A stretch of 64,000 nucleotides of DNA from Chloroflexota bacterium (GTDB lineage Bacteria; Chloroflexota; UBA5177): NCBI GenBank assembly GCA_051002135.1, contig JBPCMQ010000039.1:25510-89509 (forward strand). The letters are read 5' to 3'. Numbering within the stretch: the stretch's first letter is position 1; every line of letters starts with the position of its first letter. The notes beneath the pieces were generated by a model. That model had not been told where the DNA came from. It did no database searches and was given only the letters and a program-made list of their open reading frames with translations. A program made the translations under genes and the position numbers. Shown here in pieces: positions 29,256 to 39,698 of this stretch.

Positions 29256-30302
29256 TCACACGCCGGCTTGAGCTAACTGCTGGAATAGATCTCGCTGCCG
29301 CTCGTCCAGCGTGGTGGGAAGGGTGGCGTTTACCCTTACATAAAGATCGCCATGGCCCTGTCCCTTCAGGTGGGGCATTCCCTGACCCGTAAGTCGCAGT
29401 GTCCGCCCGTTCTGACTATTTGCCGGCACGCGCATCGTCCCGCTTCCGGCGATGGTGGGCACTCTGACGTCACCTCCGAGTACAAGAGTGGTGACCGGCG
29501 CAGTCACGTCCGCGAAAAGATCGTCGCCCTCACGCTTGAATCGCGCATCGGGCAACACGTGGACGAGGAGATAGAGATCGCCGGACTTGCTGCCAGGTCC
29601 AACGCCGGGATTACCTTCACCCGCCACCCTGATACGCGATCCATCCTTCACACCCGGGGGTACCTGGACGGCCAGGCGGCGCTGCTTGGGGACGGATCCA
29701 GCGCCCTGACAGGTAGGGCACAGTTGGTTGTCCTGTACTCCCGTTCCATGGCAAGTGGGGCAAATCTGCGCGGTCTGAAGGGTCAGGGACAGCTCGACGC
29801 CCTCGTACGCTTGCCGAAGCGTGACATCGATGGGCTGCTCCACGTCGGCGCCGCCATGGCCGACCATCGTCTGCTCCGCTCGCTTGTTGCGGCCGCGTCC
29901 GAAGATGGAGCCAAGGTCGAAATCGAAGCCGCCACCTCCTCCGCCTGGCTGAGTCGCGGTCGCCGTACGCTGCCCGAATAACGTCTCGAAGAAGTCGCTG
30001 AAGTCCCCAGCGGTTTGTCCTCCACTGGATGTGTAGGTGCGGCCATACTGTCCGGAGCCGGCCTGCTGTTGGAAGCGCCTTTCCCAATCCGGCCCCAGGG
30101 TGTCGTACTGCTTGCGCTTTTCCTGATCGGTCAAGACCGCCTGAGCCTCATTTATCTCTTTGAATCTAGCCTCCGCCGAGGCATCGCCCGGATTGACGTC
30201 GGGGTGGTATTTGCGCGCGAGCTTGCGGTACGCGCTTTTGATCTCCTTGTCGGACGCCTTTCTATCGACGCCGAGGATCTTGTAGTAGTCTTTATATTCC
30301 AT
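29256..30302 (-). CDS. dnaJ: chaperone DnaJ
   Basis: J-domain YKKLARKYHPD, G/F region, and four CxxCxGxG zinc-finger repeats. Confidence 0.9.
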   Translation of the reverse strand: MEYKDYYKILGVDRKASDKEIKSAYRKLARKYHPDVNPGDASAEARFKEINEAQAVLTDQEKRKQYDTLGPDWERRFQQQAGSGQYGRTYTSSGGQTAGDFSDFFETLFGQRTATATQPGGGGGGFDFDLGSIFGRGRNKRAEQTMVGHGGADVEQPIDVTLRQAYEGVELSLTLQTAQICPTCHGTGVQDNQLCPTCQGAGSVPKQRRLAVQVPPGVKDGSRIRVAGEGNPGVGPGSKSGDLYLLVHVLPDARFKREGDDLFADVTAPVTTLVLGGDVRVPTIAGSGTMRVPANSQNGRTLRLTGQGMPHLKGQGHGDLYVRVNATLPTTLDERQRDLFQQLAQAGV

Positions 30303-30380
30303 GTCGTCAAGAACCCTCGCCAACCTGTGATGGGAGAGGAGATCGGGAGAGCTCGGCTGCCCTGTCGATCTCCCTCTTGC

Positions 30381-30992
30381 CTATTCGCCGCCCACGCTAA
30401 CGATCACCTGAGCCGGTCGCAGGATGTTGTCTCCAAGGGTGTAGCCCTTGCGGACCTCCTGCACGACGGTATGGTCCGGGACACGTGGATCGTCGACAGT
30501 CTGAATCGCTTCTTCCGTGCGTGGGTCGAATGGCTTGCCCTGGGTGTCGATAGCTTGCACGCCTTCTTGCGTAAGAACCTGATCCAGCTGGTACTGGGTC
30601 AGTCGAACGCCCTCGATTATGCTCTCACCGCTGGACTCGCTCGCTCCCCCAAATTGGAGAGCCCGTTCGATGTTGTCACGCACCGCCAGAAGCTTCTTCA
30701 GCAGGTCGTTTTTCGACCGCAGGGCCTCGTCGGCGTAGCGCTGCTCGACGCGGCGCTTGAAGTTATCCATGTCGGCCCGCGCCCGGAGATATTTGTCTTG
30801 GTTGGCCGCGGCCTCGTCCTGAGCTGAGCGGAGTTCTGCCTGCAGCTGTGCCACGTTCGCCGGAGCGTCACGCTCCTCTGGCTGCATGTCTGCCTTCGAG
30901 GCGTGTGATTCGCTCACCTGTTCGTCTGTCTGCTCGAACATTTCGTACTCCCGTGTGGGTCCGGGAGCGGCGTCGTGCCGCTCCTCACCCAT
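30381..30992 (-). CDS. grpE: Nucleotide exchange factor GrpE. Start likely MGEERHD; track start 31037 would overlap dnaK.
   Basis: GrpE coiled-coil plus C-terminal beta domain (DPRTEEAIQ...). Confidence 0.85.
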   Translation of the reverse strand: MGEERHDAAPGPTREYEMFEQTDEQVSESHASKADMQPEERDAPANVAQLQAELRSAQDEAAANQDKYLRARADMDNFKRRVEQRYADEALRSKNDLLKKLLAVRDNIERALQFGGASESSGESIIEGVRLTQYQLDQVLTQEGVQAIDTQGKPFDPRTEEAIQTVDDPRVPDHTVVQEVRKGYTLGDNILRPAQVIVSVGGE

Positions 30993-30996
30993 TCGT

Positions 30997-32826
30997 CTAG
31001 CCTTCGTCGCTTGCTCTGAACTCGGCGTCGACGACATCGTCGGGGCCGGCCTGTTGCCCGCCCTCGCCGCCGCTCGCCGCGCCGGCAGTGGCCGTGGCCT
31101 GGCTGTACAGCGATGAGGCTATGGGGGCCCAAACCTGCTCGAGATTTTCCCGTGCCGTGCGGATCTGGCCGCCGTCGTTGCCCTTGAGGGCCTCGCGCAG
31201 GCCGCCAAGGGCGGTGTCGACGCTCTGGCGGTCGGTCTCCGAGATGCGGTCACCCGACTCTTTCAGGGTCTTTTCTGTGCTGTATGCCAGCATGTCCGCG
31301 TGATTGCGCTCTTCGGCGGCCTGCCGCGCCTCCGCATCCTGCTGTGCGTACTGCTCCGCATCGCGCACCATGCGGTCGATGTCGGCGCTATTGAGGTTTG
31401 TGGAGGCCGTCATTTTGACGGACTGCTCCCGGCCGGTACCCAGGTCCTTGGCGCGTACGCTCAGGATCCCGTTGGCGTCGATATCGAACGTGACCTCGAT
31501 CTGGGGCAGTCCACGTGGGGCCGGGGGAATACCCTCGAGACGGAAGCGTCCCAGTGTCATGTTGTCGCGAGACATCGGCCGTTCCCCTTGCGTCGCATGG
31601 ATGTCGACCGCCGTCTGGCTGTCTTCCGCGGTGCTGTAGACCTCGCTCTTGGCGGTGGGGATGGTGGTGTTGCGCGGGATCAGGACGTTATTGACGCCGC
31701 CCAGGGTCTCGATGCCCAGAGACAGTGGAGTGACGTCGAGAAGCACCACATCCTTGACCTCACCCATCAGCACTCCGGCCTGGATCGCCGCACCAATCGC
31801 GACCACCTCATCCGGATTGACCCCCTGGTGGGGTTCCTTGCCGCTCATCTTCTTGACGAGCTCCTGAATGACGGGCATACGCGTGGATCCCCCGACCAGA
31901 ACCACCTCGTTGATTTGGCTCTCCGTTAGTTTGGAGTCTTCGAGGGCGCGTTTGAACGGCCCGACGCATCTCTGCGTCAGATCGTCGGTCAGCTCCTCGA
32001 ACGTGGCACGTGTGATCGTCTTGATCAGGTGCTTCGGACCGTTCTGATCGGCCGTGATGAAGGGCAGGTTGATCTCGGTCTGAACAACGCTGGACAGCTC
32101 AACCTTGGCTTTTTCGGCGGCTTCGAGAAGACGCTGAAGAGCCTGCCGGTCTTTGCGGAGGTCGATGCCCTCCTCGCGCTGAAACTCGTCGGCCACCCAG
32201 TCCACAATGCGGCGATCATAGTCGTCGCCACCGAGATGCGTGTCCCCGGAGGTAGCCTTTACCTCGAAAACACCGTCGCCGACTTCGAGCACGGACACAT
32301 CGAATGTTCCACCACCCAGGTCGAACACTAGAATCGTTTCAGCCTGTTTTTTGTCGAGTCCGTAGGCCAGCGCCGCGGCCGTCGGCTCATTGATGATGCG
32401 GAGAACCTCGAGACCGGAGATAGTCCCCGCGTCCTTGGTTGCTTGTCTCTGGCTGTCGTTGAAATAGGCAGGCACCGTGATCACTGCCTTGTTGATGGTC
32501 TCTCCCAGGTACTTCTCGGCGTCCGCCTTGAGCTTCCCCAGGATCATCCCCGAAATCTCTTGCGGCGTGTACTGTTTGCCGTCGATGCTCACCGTATCGT
32601 TCGTGCCCATCTTGCGCTTGATTGACGCAATAGTCCGATCCGGGTTGACAACCGCCTGCCGCTTCGCCAGCTGGCCAACCAGGCGCTCGCCCGTTTTCGT
32701 AAATGCCACAACGGACGGCGTGAGACGGCTTCCTTCGGTGTTTGGAACCACCATCGGCTCACCGCCCTCCATGACGGCGACGACGGAATTCGTCGTGCCG
32801 AGGTCGATTCCCACTACCTTCGCCAT
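30997..32826 (-). CDS. dnaK: chaperone DnaK (Hsp70)
   Basis: [22 protein letters not shown] and the other Hsp70 signatures. AAGGAG Shine-Dalgarno 6 nt upstream. Confidence 0.95.
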   Translation of the reverse strand: MAKVVGIDLGTTNSVVAVMEGGEPMVVPNTEGSRLTPSVVAFTKTGERLVGQLAKRQAVVNPDRTIASIKRKMGTNDTVSIDGKQYTPQEISGMILGKLKADAEKYLGETINKAVITVPAYFNDSQRQATKDAGTISGLEVLRIINEPTAAALAYGLDKKQAETILVFDLGGGTFDVSVLEVGDGVFEVKATSGDTHLGGDDYDRRIVDWVADEFQREEGIDLRKDRQALQRLLEAAEKAKVELSSVVQTEINLPFITADQNGPKHLIKTITRATFEELTDDLTQRCVGPFKRALEDSKLTESQINEVVLVGGSTRMPVIQELVKKMSGKEPHQGVNPDEVVAIGAAIQAGVLMGEVKDVVLLDVTPLSLGIETLGGVNNVLIPRNTTIPTAKSEVYSTAEDSQTAVDIHATQGERPMSRDNMTLGRFRLEGIPPAPRGLPQIEVTFDIDANGILSVRAKDLGTGREQSVKMTASTNLNSADIDRMVRDAEQYAQQDAEARQAAEERNHADMLAYSTEKTLKESGDRISETDRQSVDTALGGLREALKGNDGGQIRTARENLEQVWAPIASSLYSQATATAGAASGGEGGQQAGPDDVVDAEFRASDEG

Positions 32827-32879
32827 TCTTGACTCCTTAATGATTCAGGATTGCACTTTCCTGCGTGTGATCCTGTCAT

Positions 32880-32908
32880 AGTTTAAATATTGAGTCTGAT
32901 CTTGTCAA
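32880..32908 (-). promoter_or_regulatory. Candidate sigma70-type promoter of the dnaK operon: -35 TTGACA, 17-nt spacer, -10 TAAACT. It overlaps a HAIR-like HspR operator half-site pair (TTGACA-N7-ACTCAA).
   Basis: Minus-strand sequence reads AGTTGACAAGATCAGACTCAATATTTAAACT about 50 nt upstream of the dnaK ATG. Compared with the HAIR consensus CTTGAGT-N7-ACTCAAG: right half perfect, left half 4/6. Confidence 0.4.
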
Positions 32909-32987
32909 CTTTTCGTGTGAGAAAACGCAGGCGGAGCAAGAAAAGAGGCGGGCCGTTTTGGGGCCCGCCTCGGAGAGACCTATCGCA

Positions 32988-35441
32988 TTATCCAGCCGGG
33001 GCCGCGGGGGGCGTGTGCCAGCCGGGGTCGAGACCGGGCAGGAGCACCGCGTCGAAGTGAGCGTATTTGCTCGCCTCCGCGGCGACGGGCCTATCGAGGA
33101 GCGCCCGGGCCACCACCTCGTCCATGTGATCCACCGGAATCAGGTCCAGCTGCGATCGCACGTCGAGAGGAATGTCCTCGAGGTCCTTGCCGTTCTTCGC
33201 CGGAAACAACACGGTACTGACCCCGGCGCGGTGAGCCGCGAGGACCTTTTGTTTCAGACCGCCGATTGGCAGAACCCGACCGCGAAGGGTAATCTCGCCG
33301 GTCATGGCCACGTCGCGACGAGCGTGGCGACCCGATAGCGCGCTCAGCAGGGCCACAGCCATCGTGATGCCTGCCGACGGTCCATCCTTCGGAATGGCGC
33401 CTGCCGGAACGTGGATATGGATGGCGTGTTCGTCGAAGGCGCTGGGCTTGATGCCCAGCTCCCGTGCGCGCGAGTGGACGTAGGACATGGCTGCGCGCGC
33501 CGACTCCTGCATGACGTCGCCGAGTTGGCCGGTCAAGATGAAGTTCGGCTTGCCGTCCATGAGTGTGACCTCGACCGGGATCACGTCCCCGCCGTCGTCC
33601 GTCACCACTAGCCCCGTCGCCACCCCGATCTGGTCGTACTCCTCCGCCACGCCCCACGTGAAACGGGGCGCCTTGAGATAGGTTGCGACGGCGTCGGCGT
33701 CCACCTGAACGGATGAGGCCCCATCCTCGGCAAAGCGGCGCGCTATCTTCCGGCAAATCGATGCGATCTCACGCTCCAGCTGCCGCACGCCGGCTTCCCG
33801 GGTGTATTCACGCACGATGCGGCGAACCGCCTGGGAGGTCATGACCAGCTGCTCTTCCTGGATCCCGTGATTCTTGCGTTGCTTGGGCACGAGGAAGTTG
33901 ACTCCGATCTGCACCTTCTCCTCCTCGGTGTAGCCCGGGAGCTCGATGATCTCCATGCGATCGCGCAGAGCCGCCGGGATCGTGTACAGCACGTTTGCCG
34001 TCGTCACGAAGAGAATGCGCGAGAGGTCGAAGGCGACCTCCAGGTAATGGTCCGAAAACTCTCCGTTCTGCTCCGGGTCCAGGACCTCAAGAAGAGCGGA
34101 AGATGGGTCGCCTCGGAAGTCGGCTCCCACTTTGTCGATCTCATCCAGCATGATGACGGGATTGTTGGTGCCCGCCTGGCGGATGGCCTGGATGACGCGT
34201 CCCGGTAGCGATCCGATGTATGTACGACGATGCCCTCGAATCTCGGCCTCGTCGTGCACTCCGCCAAGCGACATGCGCGCGAACTTGCGACCCATGGCCG
34301 CCGCCACCGACTTCCCGAGGCTGGTCTTGCCCACGCCGGGAGGCCCCACGAGACAGATGATGGGGCTCTTGAGCTCGGTTGTCAGTCTGCGCACCGCCAA
34401 AAATTCGAGCAAGCGCTCCTTGACCATCTCGAGACCGAAGTGATCCCGGTCGAGCTGCTCGGCGGCCGAGTGGAGGTCGAGCTGATCCTCCGTGCTGACC
34501 GACCAGGGCATACCGACAAGCCAGTCGAGGTAGGTTCGAATCATGCCGACCTCCGGCGAGGCCGCCGGCATCCGCTCCAGGCGTTCGGCTTCCTTTTCGG
34601 CCTTCTCGCGCGCCTTTTCCGGCATCGCCGCCGCCTCGATCTTGTCGCGCCACTCCTGGGCTTCGGCTTGCTCGGGGTCCATCTCTCCCAGCTCGCGCTG
34701 GATTTCCTTCATCTGCTCCCGCAGAAGGTACTCCCGCTGCGTCTTGTCTATGTTCTTCTGAACTTCGCTGCTGATCCGATTTTTCAGCTCGAGGATTTCG
34801 ATCTGCTCCGACAGGAGCGCGTGTGCCAGTTTCAAGCGCTCGACCACGTCCAGCGTGACCAGGAGCTGACGGCGCTGTCCCGGCTCCAGCTCCGGCATGT
34901 AGCCCACGAGATCGGCCAGCCACGCCGGATCCTCGACCTCTCGCACCGTCGACAGTGCGTCCGCCGGTATGTTCCCGCGCAAATTGACATAGTTGGTCAT
35001 CAGCTCCTTGACGGTTTGCATCAAGGCGGAGACCTCGCGGGTTTCCTCTATCGCCTGTGAGATGATCTCGACCTCGACCTCTAGGTACGGGTCGACTTTC
35101 GCGAATCCGATCACCCGGACACGATCTTCTCCCTGTGCCAGAAGCTGAACGCTCCCGTCCGGCAGGCGAAACATTGGCCCAAGCGTCGCGACGACGCCGA
35201 TATCCATCAGGTCGTCGGGCCCAACATCCTGCTTGTTCGGATCGATCTGGGTCAACATGACGATGCGGTGAGGACGCTGCTTCACTGCCTCGTCCACGGC
35301 GACCAACGATGGCTTTCGCCCAACCTGGATCGGCTGCATCATTCGCGGGAACACCACAGTCTCGTACAAAGGCAAGACAGGTAAATGCTCGGTGCGCGCG
35401 GGCGGGCTCTCCTCCTCCACGCTCTCTTTTCGTTTCGACAT
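32988..35441 (-). CDS. lon: ATP-dependent Lon protease
   Basis: N-terminal LON domain, AAA+ GPPGVGKTS, and the C-terminal S16 protease serine in PKDGPSAG. Confidence 0.9.
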   Translation of the reverse strand: MSKRKESVEEESPPARTEHLPVLPLYETVVFPRMMQPIQVGRKPSLVAVDEAVKQRPHRIVMLTQIDPNKQDVGPDDLMDIGVVATLGPMFRLPDGSVQLLAQGEDRVRVIGFAKVDPYLEVEVEIISQAIEETREVSALMQTVKELMTNYVNLRGNIPADALSTVREVEDPAWLADLVGYMPELEPGQRRQLLVTLDVVERLKLAHALLSEQIEILELKNRISSEVQKNIDKTQREYLLREQMKEIQRELGEMDPEQAEAQEWRDKIEAAAMPEKAREKAEKEAERLERMPAASPEVGMIRTYLDWLVGMPWSVSTEDQLDLHSAAEQLDRDHFGLEMVKERLLEFLAVRRLTTELKSPIICLVGPPGVGKTSLGKSVAAAMGRKFARMSLGGVHDEAEIRGHRRTYIGSLPGRVIQAIRQAGTNNPVIMLDEIDKVGADFRGDPSSALLEVLDPEQNGEFSDHYLEVAFDLSRILFVTTANVLYTIPAALRDRMEIIELPGYTEEEKVQIGVNFLVPKQRKNHGIQEEQLVMTSQAVRRIVREYTREAGVRQLEREIASICRKIARRFAEDGASSVQVDADAVATYLKAPRFTWGVAEEYDQIGVATGLVVTDDGGDVIPVEVTLMDGKPNFILTGQLGDVMQESARAAMSYVHSRARELGIKPSAFDEHAIHIHVPAGAIPKDGPSAGITMAVALLSALSGRHARRDVAMTGEITLRGRVLPIGGLKQKVLAAHRAGVSTVLFPAKNGKDLEDIPLDVRSQLDLIPVDHMDEVVARALLDRPVAAEASKYAHFDAVLLPGLDPGWHTPPAAPAG

Positions 35442-35649
35442 TCGTCACCCTATTTCCGGCGCTAGCATGCGCCACCACAACTATACGGCGTGACAAGCCA
35501 CGTACGAAGCGCCGCTCGAAGGCCGAATGGTTACCCGTTCCACGGCCTTACTCCCCACGCATGGCAACAATTCTATCGCCACTTAACTCCTCTGAGTATA
35601 CGAATGTTTAGTGAGAATCTGTAAAGTATGTCTCCCGTACGCTGTACGT

Positions 35650-36693
35650 CTACGGTGCGAGAGCCAGGGAGCAGCCGTCCTCGGACCCATCTATCCGGCC
35701 TACCGGACAATACAGGCTATCGTTCGAGAGAGCACCGCGGAAGGCCTGACAGTTTTTTGGTTCCAGGGCAACAAGTAGACCTCCGGAGGTCTGAGGATCG
35801 GACAAAAGGTCGGCGGTCACACCGTCGATGTCTTCACCGGCTTGTACGTACCGCTCGACATATGCTTGATTCGTCCTGGTTCCACCGGGAACATGTCCGG
35901 TCGCGGCGTAATCGCGAGCACCGGGCAGCAGAGGAATCGAGGAGATGGAAATGTGAGCGCTCACACCCGAGGCCATGCAGAGGTCCGCCAGGTGACCGAG
36001 CAGGCCGAAGCCCGTGATATCGGTAGCGGCGTGAGCATCGGCCTCGGTCATTGCCGTCGACGCCGAGCGATTCAACGTAGTCATCCAGCGAACCGCTTGT
36101 TCGACGTCCGCCGGCCGTGCCGCTCCTGCCTTGAGCGCCGTCGCGATCACACCCGTCCCCAGCGGCTTGGTCAGTACGAGGACATCGCCGGGCTGGGCCC
36201 CACGGGCCGTCATCATGCGCCGCGGATCGACGGTTCCTGTCACGGCGAGGCCGTATTTTGGCTCCGTGTCGTCGACCGTGTGGCCTCCGACGATCGTCAC
36301 GCCCGCCTCGCGCGCTTTATCGGCTCCCCCGCGCAAAATATCCGCCAGCACGTCCGCACCCAGCGAGGCCATGGGGAAGGCGGCAATATTGAGAGCCGTC
36401 AGGGGCCGCGCCCCCATCGCGAACACGTCACTGAGCGAGTTGGCGGCCGCGATCTGTCCGAACGTGTAGGGATCGTCGACGATGGGCGTGAAAAAGTCGA
36501 CGGTCTGGACCAGGGCAAGGTCGTCGCGCAAGCGGTAGACAGCCGCGTCGTCCGCCGGATTGTCGCCTATTAGGAAGTTGGGATCCTCGCTCCGAGGAAG
36601 GTGGCGCAGCACGTGCGCCAGATCAGCATGGCTGACCTTGCCCGCTCAGCCTGCAGAGCGCACGAGCGAGGTCAGGCGCGCATTGGACTGCAT
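35650..36693 (-). CDS. selD: Selenide, water dikinase (selenophosphate synthetase), selenocysteine-containing form. The in-frame TGA at 36646-36648 encodes Sec in the G-U-AGK motif. Start is the ATG at 36693; track ORF 35650..36612 is only the post-TGA part.
   Basis: Upstream in-frame translation gives MQSNARLTSLVRSAG-[TGA]-AGKVSHADLAHV, matching the SelD N-terminus (E. coli ...[15 protein letters not shown]) with TGA at the Cys/Sec17 position. GGAGG Shine-Dalgarno 6 nt before the ATG. The rest of the protein carries the AIRS-domain motifs DDAAVY, GGHT and PQTSGGLL. Confidence 0.85.
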
Positions 36694-36721
36694 GCTTTCC
36701 TCCTTTGACAGAGTTTGAGCA

Positions 36722-37786
36722 TCAATTCACGCCGGCAGCGGAGCTGGCTTCGGCAGAGTGGACGACGGCTTCCACCAGCGTGCGGCCCCCGTCGCGCACC
36801 GGATCGGTGACTGGAAGGCCTGTGACGTCCGCCGCCTCGGCGATCGTACGCCGCGCGTTTCTTTCATCCATGTCGCGCGTGTTCAGACAGATGGCGACCA
36901 CGGGCGCGGGTTTGACCCAGCGAGCGGCCTCCTCGTAGAGCGCGACGAGGCGATCCAGGGGAGGGATGGCAAGCGGGTACTGATCGATGTGCGTTCGGCT
37001 GGGCTGGTGCACGAGAATCATCGCGTCGGGCAACGACCCGTGCAGCAGCGCCAGGGTGACGCCACTGTAACCCGGGTGCAGAAGCGATCCCTGACCCTCG
37101 ACGAAAACCCAGTCCGATCGCTCCGCCGCCTCGATAACCAGCCGCTCGGCCGCGCCCGCCATGAAGTCGCCGATGACGCGGTCGATGGCAATTCCCCCTC
37201 CGTCCAGCATGATACCGGTCTGTCCCGTCGCCACGAACTCGGCTGAGAGCCCGAGGTCCCGCGCCGCCGTGACGACCTCCAGCGCCGCGGTCATCTTCCC
37301 GACCGCGCAGTCGCTACCGACAAAGGTCACAACCCAGCTTCCCGAGCGCCGGGGATGCAGGCCCGCGACGTCGATCTCCGCCGGAGGGCGACGCACGTCG
37401 ACGAGATTAACCCCGTGTTCGTGAGCTGCCCGGGCGAACTCGGGATCGTCGTCCAGCATGTAGTGTAGGCCGCTAATCACATCCAGACCATTCTCGATCG
37501 CGGCAAGAATCTGGCGGCGCCATTCCAGCGGCAGTGCTCCACCGCGGGGTGCGATCCCTACGAGGAGGGCGCTTGGCTCGAGACGGAGCGCCGACTCAAG
37601 TGAATCGACTATCGGCGTCGACCCTCCGACGCCAAGAACCTGACCGGCGGTGAGTCCGGCATGGACCGAGTCGATGACCGCCACGACATCTTCGGGCCGG
37701 TATCGAAGAATGCTCACCGCCGTTTTTCCGTGGTGGAAGTCAAGCATCTTCTGGGCAAGGATCGCCAGACGACGCGGCGCTTCCAC
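36722..37786 (-). CDS. DUF1611-family protein (Rossmann-like N-domain plus P-loop-like C-domain); function unknown
   Basis: Two-domain layout with a glycine-rich VTFVGSDCAVGKMTAALEV segment. Ends 26 nt upstream of the selD start on the same strand. Confidence 0.55.
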   Translation of the reverse strand: MEAPRRLAILAQKMLDFHHGKTAVSILRYRPEDVVAVIDSVHAGLTAGQVLGVGGSTPIVDSLESALRLEPSALLVGIAPRGGALPLEWRRQILAAIENGLDVISGLHYMLDDDPEFARAAHEHGVNLVDVRRPPAEIDVAGLHPRRSGSWVVTFVGSDCAVGKMTAALEVVTAARDLGLSAEFVATGQTGIMLDGGGIAIDRVIGDFMAGAAERLVIEAAERSDWVFVEGQGSLLHPGYSGVTLALLHGSLPDAMILVHQPSRTHIDQYPLAIPPLDRLVALYEEAARWVKPAPVVAICLNTRDMDERNARRTIAEAADVTGLPVTDPVRDGGRTLVEAVVHSAEASSAAGVN

Positions 37787-37836
37787 ACTATTCTCCTGAT
37801 TGGCAAAAGTATCGTCGAGAGGGATGGCGTCTCAGT

Positions 37837-38475
37837 TCAGGTTGTGCTTGTCTCAGCGGCTTTACGTTGGCGCTTCTTCTTGTCTGCCGCCTGGCTGCGC
37901 GTCTGCGACCAGACCGAATAGAGCCGCTGCAGGGCCGTGAGGTGGGTCAGCACGGCGAGAATGACGAGGGCAGCCAGCGTCGTGCGCTCCTGAAACAGCA
38001 GTCCGATGCCGAGAATCAGAACCCGCTCCGGCCGCGGCACGATGCCTACTGTGGCGTCCAGACCCAGCCCTTCGGCGCGTGCACGGGCATAGCTGATGAG
38101 GATGGATCCGACGGCGACGACGTACACCAGGAGGACGCTCGCGGTCTGGTGGCGAACCGTGAACTGAAAGATCAAAGCAAGCAAAACCGCGGCTTCGGAA
38201 TAGCGGTCGAGCAAAGAGTCGAGGAAGGCGCCAAAGTCGCTCTGCCGCGAGGTCACGCGCGCCAGGGCGCCGTCAAGCATGTCGAACAGGCCGGCGAGAA
38301 ACAGCAACGCCCCGCCCGTGCTCAGATGTCCTTTCGCTATGACGCCGGCGGTAACCACGTTGAAGACAAAGCCGGCGACGGTGATCGCATTGGGCGTCAC
38401 TCCATGCCGAGCGAGCGGCCGCGCAACGACCTCCGCCACGCTTCGGGCCCAGATCTGGAGGAATCGGGGAACCAT
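37837..38475 (-). CDS. CDP-alcohol phosphatidyltransferase (phosphatidylinositol(-phosphate) synthase-like)
   Basis: DMLDGALAR...G...DSLLDRYSE matches the D-G-x2-A-R-x8-G-x3-D-x3-D motif. Multi-TM protein. Confidence 0.75.
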   Translation of the reverse strand: MVPRFLQIWARSVAEVVARPLARHGVTPNAITVAGFVFNVVTAGVIAKGHLSTGGALLFLAGLFDMLDGALARVTSRQSDFGAFLDSLLDRYSEAAVLLALIFQFTVRHQTASVLLVYVVAVGSILISYARARAEGLGLDATVGIVPRPERVLILGIGLLFQERTTLAALVILAVLTHLTALQRLYSVWSQTRSQAADKKKRQRKAAETSTT

Positions 38476-38477
38476 CG

Positions 38478-39677
38478 TTAGATGGAGGGATTCGGCACGG
38501 TGATGGGGGCGGGTGAGTAACTGGCCACGGCACGCTCCCCGGTTTTGACGTAAAGATCAAGCAGCTGCTCGGCAATGCGCTGCCAGGAGTACTGGCTGCT
38601 GGTCTCGAGCCCGCGCCTTCCCATTTCCGCCCCAAGGCCGCGATCCTGCAGAACGGAGCATACGGCGTCGGCCAGGGCGTGCTCGTCGCGTGGCGGCACC
38701 AGGAACCCCTCGGCGCCGTTGGTGACGACCTCGCTATACCCCTCGATGTTGCTCGCAACCACGGGAACACCCGCTGCCATGGCCTCGAGCAAGACGATTC
38801 CGAAGCTCTCGCCGGAGACGGCCGGAGCGCACATGACGTTGGCACTGCGGAGGTAGCGCGGCAGTTCCTCCTCGGAGACGCGGCCCACGATTTGAATATC
38901 GTGCATGTCGTGGCGTTCGATGTAGCGGCGGTAGCGAGAATCGTTCCAGTCTCCGGCGCCGACCACCACGAAACGTGCGTCGGGGAAGGCGTTCTTGATG
39001 TGCGGGTATGCACGGAGCAGATATCCGACACCCTTGCGTTTCTCGGGGCGGCCAACAAAAAGGATATTGGGGCGCCCGTCCATCAGCTCTCGGATGGGCT
39101 CAACCCGACGTGGATCGAATCGTTGGACCTCGACTCCGTTCGGAATCACCCTGTACGGGGCCATGAAGTACTGCCGCACAAAGCGTTTCGCGGCGCGAGA
39201 CACGGCGATGCGCGCGTCGAGCTTGTTGAACACCCGTCGAAGAACGGGACGACCGTAGAAATACCCGTAATACGAGCCTCGATATGCGTGGAACGTGCCC
39301 ACGTTGACCGCGTCCGAATACATGAGGACCGTGGGCGGCAGGGAGGGCATCAGTGGCTCGTGCGCATGGACGACGTCGAATCTTTCCGCGGTGAGTACTT
39401 CGTGGACGCGACGTGACAGGCGAAACGAGAGCGTGATGCGTGCGATCGAGCCGTTGGCGTGGACCTTCCGCACGTTTCCGATGCGGTACACGTCGGTCTC
39501 GTCGCGCTCCAGATTGCGATTGGACGAGGGCGCCATGATTCGCACATCGTGTCCCATGGCACTGAATTCCCGGTACAGGTGTCCGACGTGGCTCGTGACC
39601 CCGCCGGGGTATGGGTAGTCGTACGGCGAGACGAGCGCTATCTTCATCGGTTGGCTTTCCAACCGGAGGTGAACCAT
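38478..39677 (-). CDS. GT-B retaining glycosyltransferase (Pfam Glycos_transf_1 / CAZy GT4), PimA-like
   Basis: MKIALVSPYDYPYPGGV N-terminus and C-terminal E-x7-E region (ESFGIVLLEAMAAGVPVV). Confidence 0.75.
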   Translation of the reverse strand: MVHLRLESQPMKIALVSPYDYPYPGGVTSHVGHLYREFSAMGHDVRIMAPSSNRNLERDETDVYRIGNVRKVHANGSIARITLSFRLSRRVHEVLTAERFDVVHAHEPLMPSLPPTVLMYSDAVNVGTFHAYRGSYYGYFYGRPVLRRVFNKLDARIAVSRAAKRFVRQYFMAPYRVIPNGVEVQRFDPRRVEPIRELMDGRPNILFVGRPEKRKGVGYLLRAYPHIKNAFPDARFVVVGAGDWNDSRYRRYIERHDMHDIQIVGRVSEEELPRYLRSANVMCAPAVSGESFGIVLLEAMAAGVPVVASNIEGYSEVVTNGAEGFLVPPRDEHALADAVCSVLQDRGLGAEMGRRGLETSSQYSWQRIAEQLLDLYVKTGERAVASYSPAPITVPNPSI

Positions 39678-39698
39678 CCCATCATGCGCACCGCTTCC

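Noticed and set aside
30992-31037. GrpE N-terminal extension overlapping dnaK by 41 nt
   Set aside because: An internal start (MGEERHD, 30992) removes the overlap and leaves a normal-length GrpE. The longer form is probably an artefact of first-start ORF calling.
34141-35496. 451-aa minus-strand ORF and 276-aa plus-strand ORF overlapping lon
   Set aside because: They are alternative frames of the Lon gene with R/G/A-rich sequence. They are not real.
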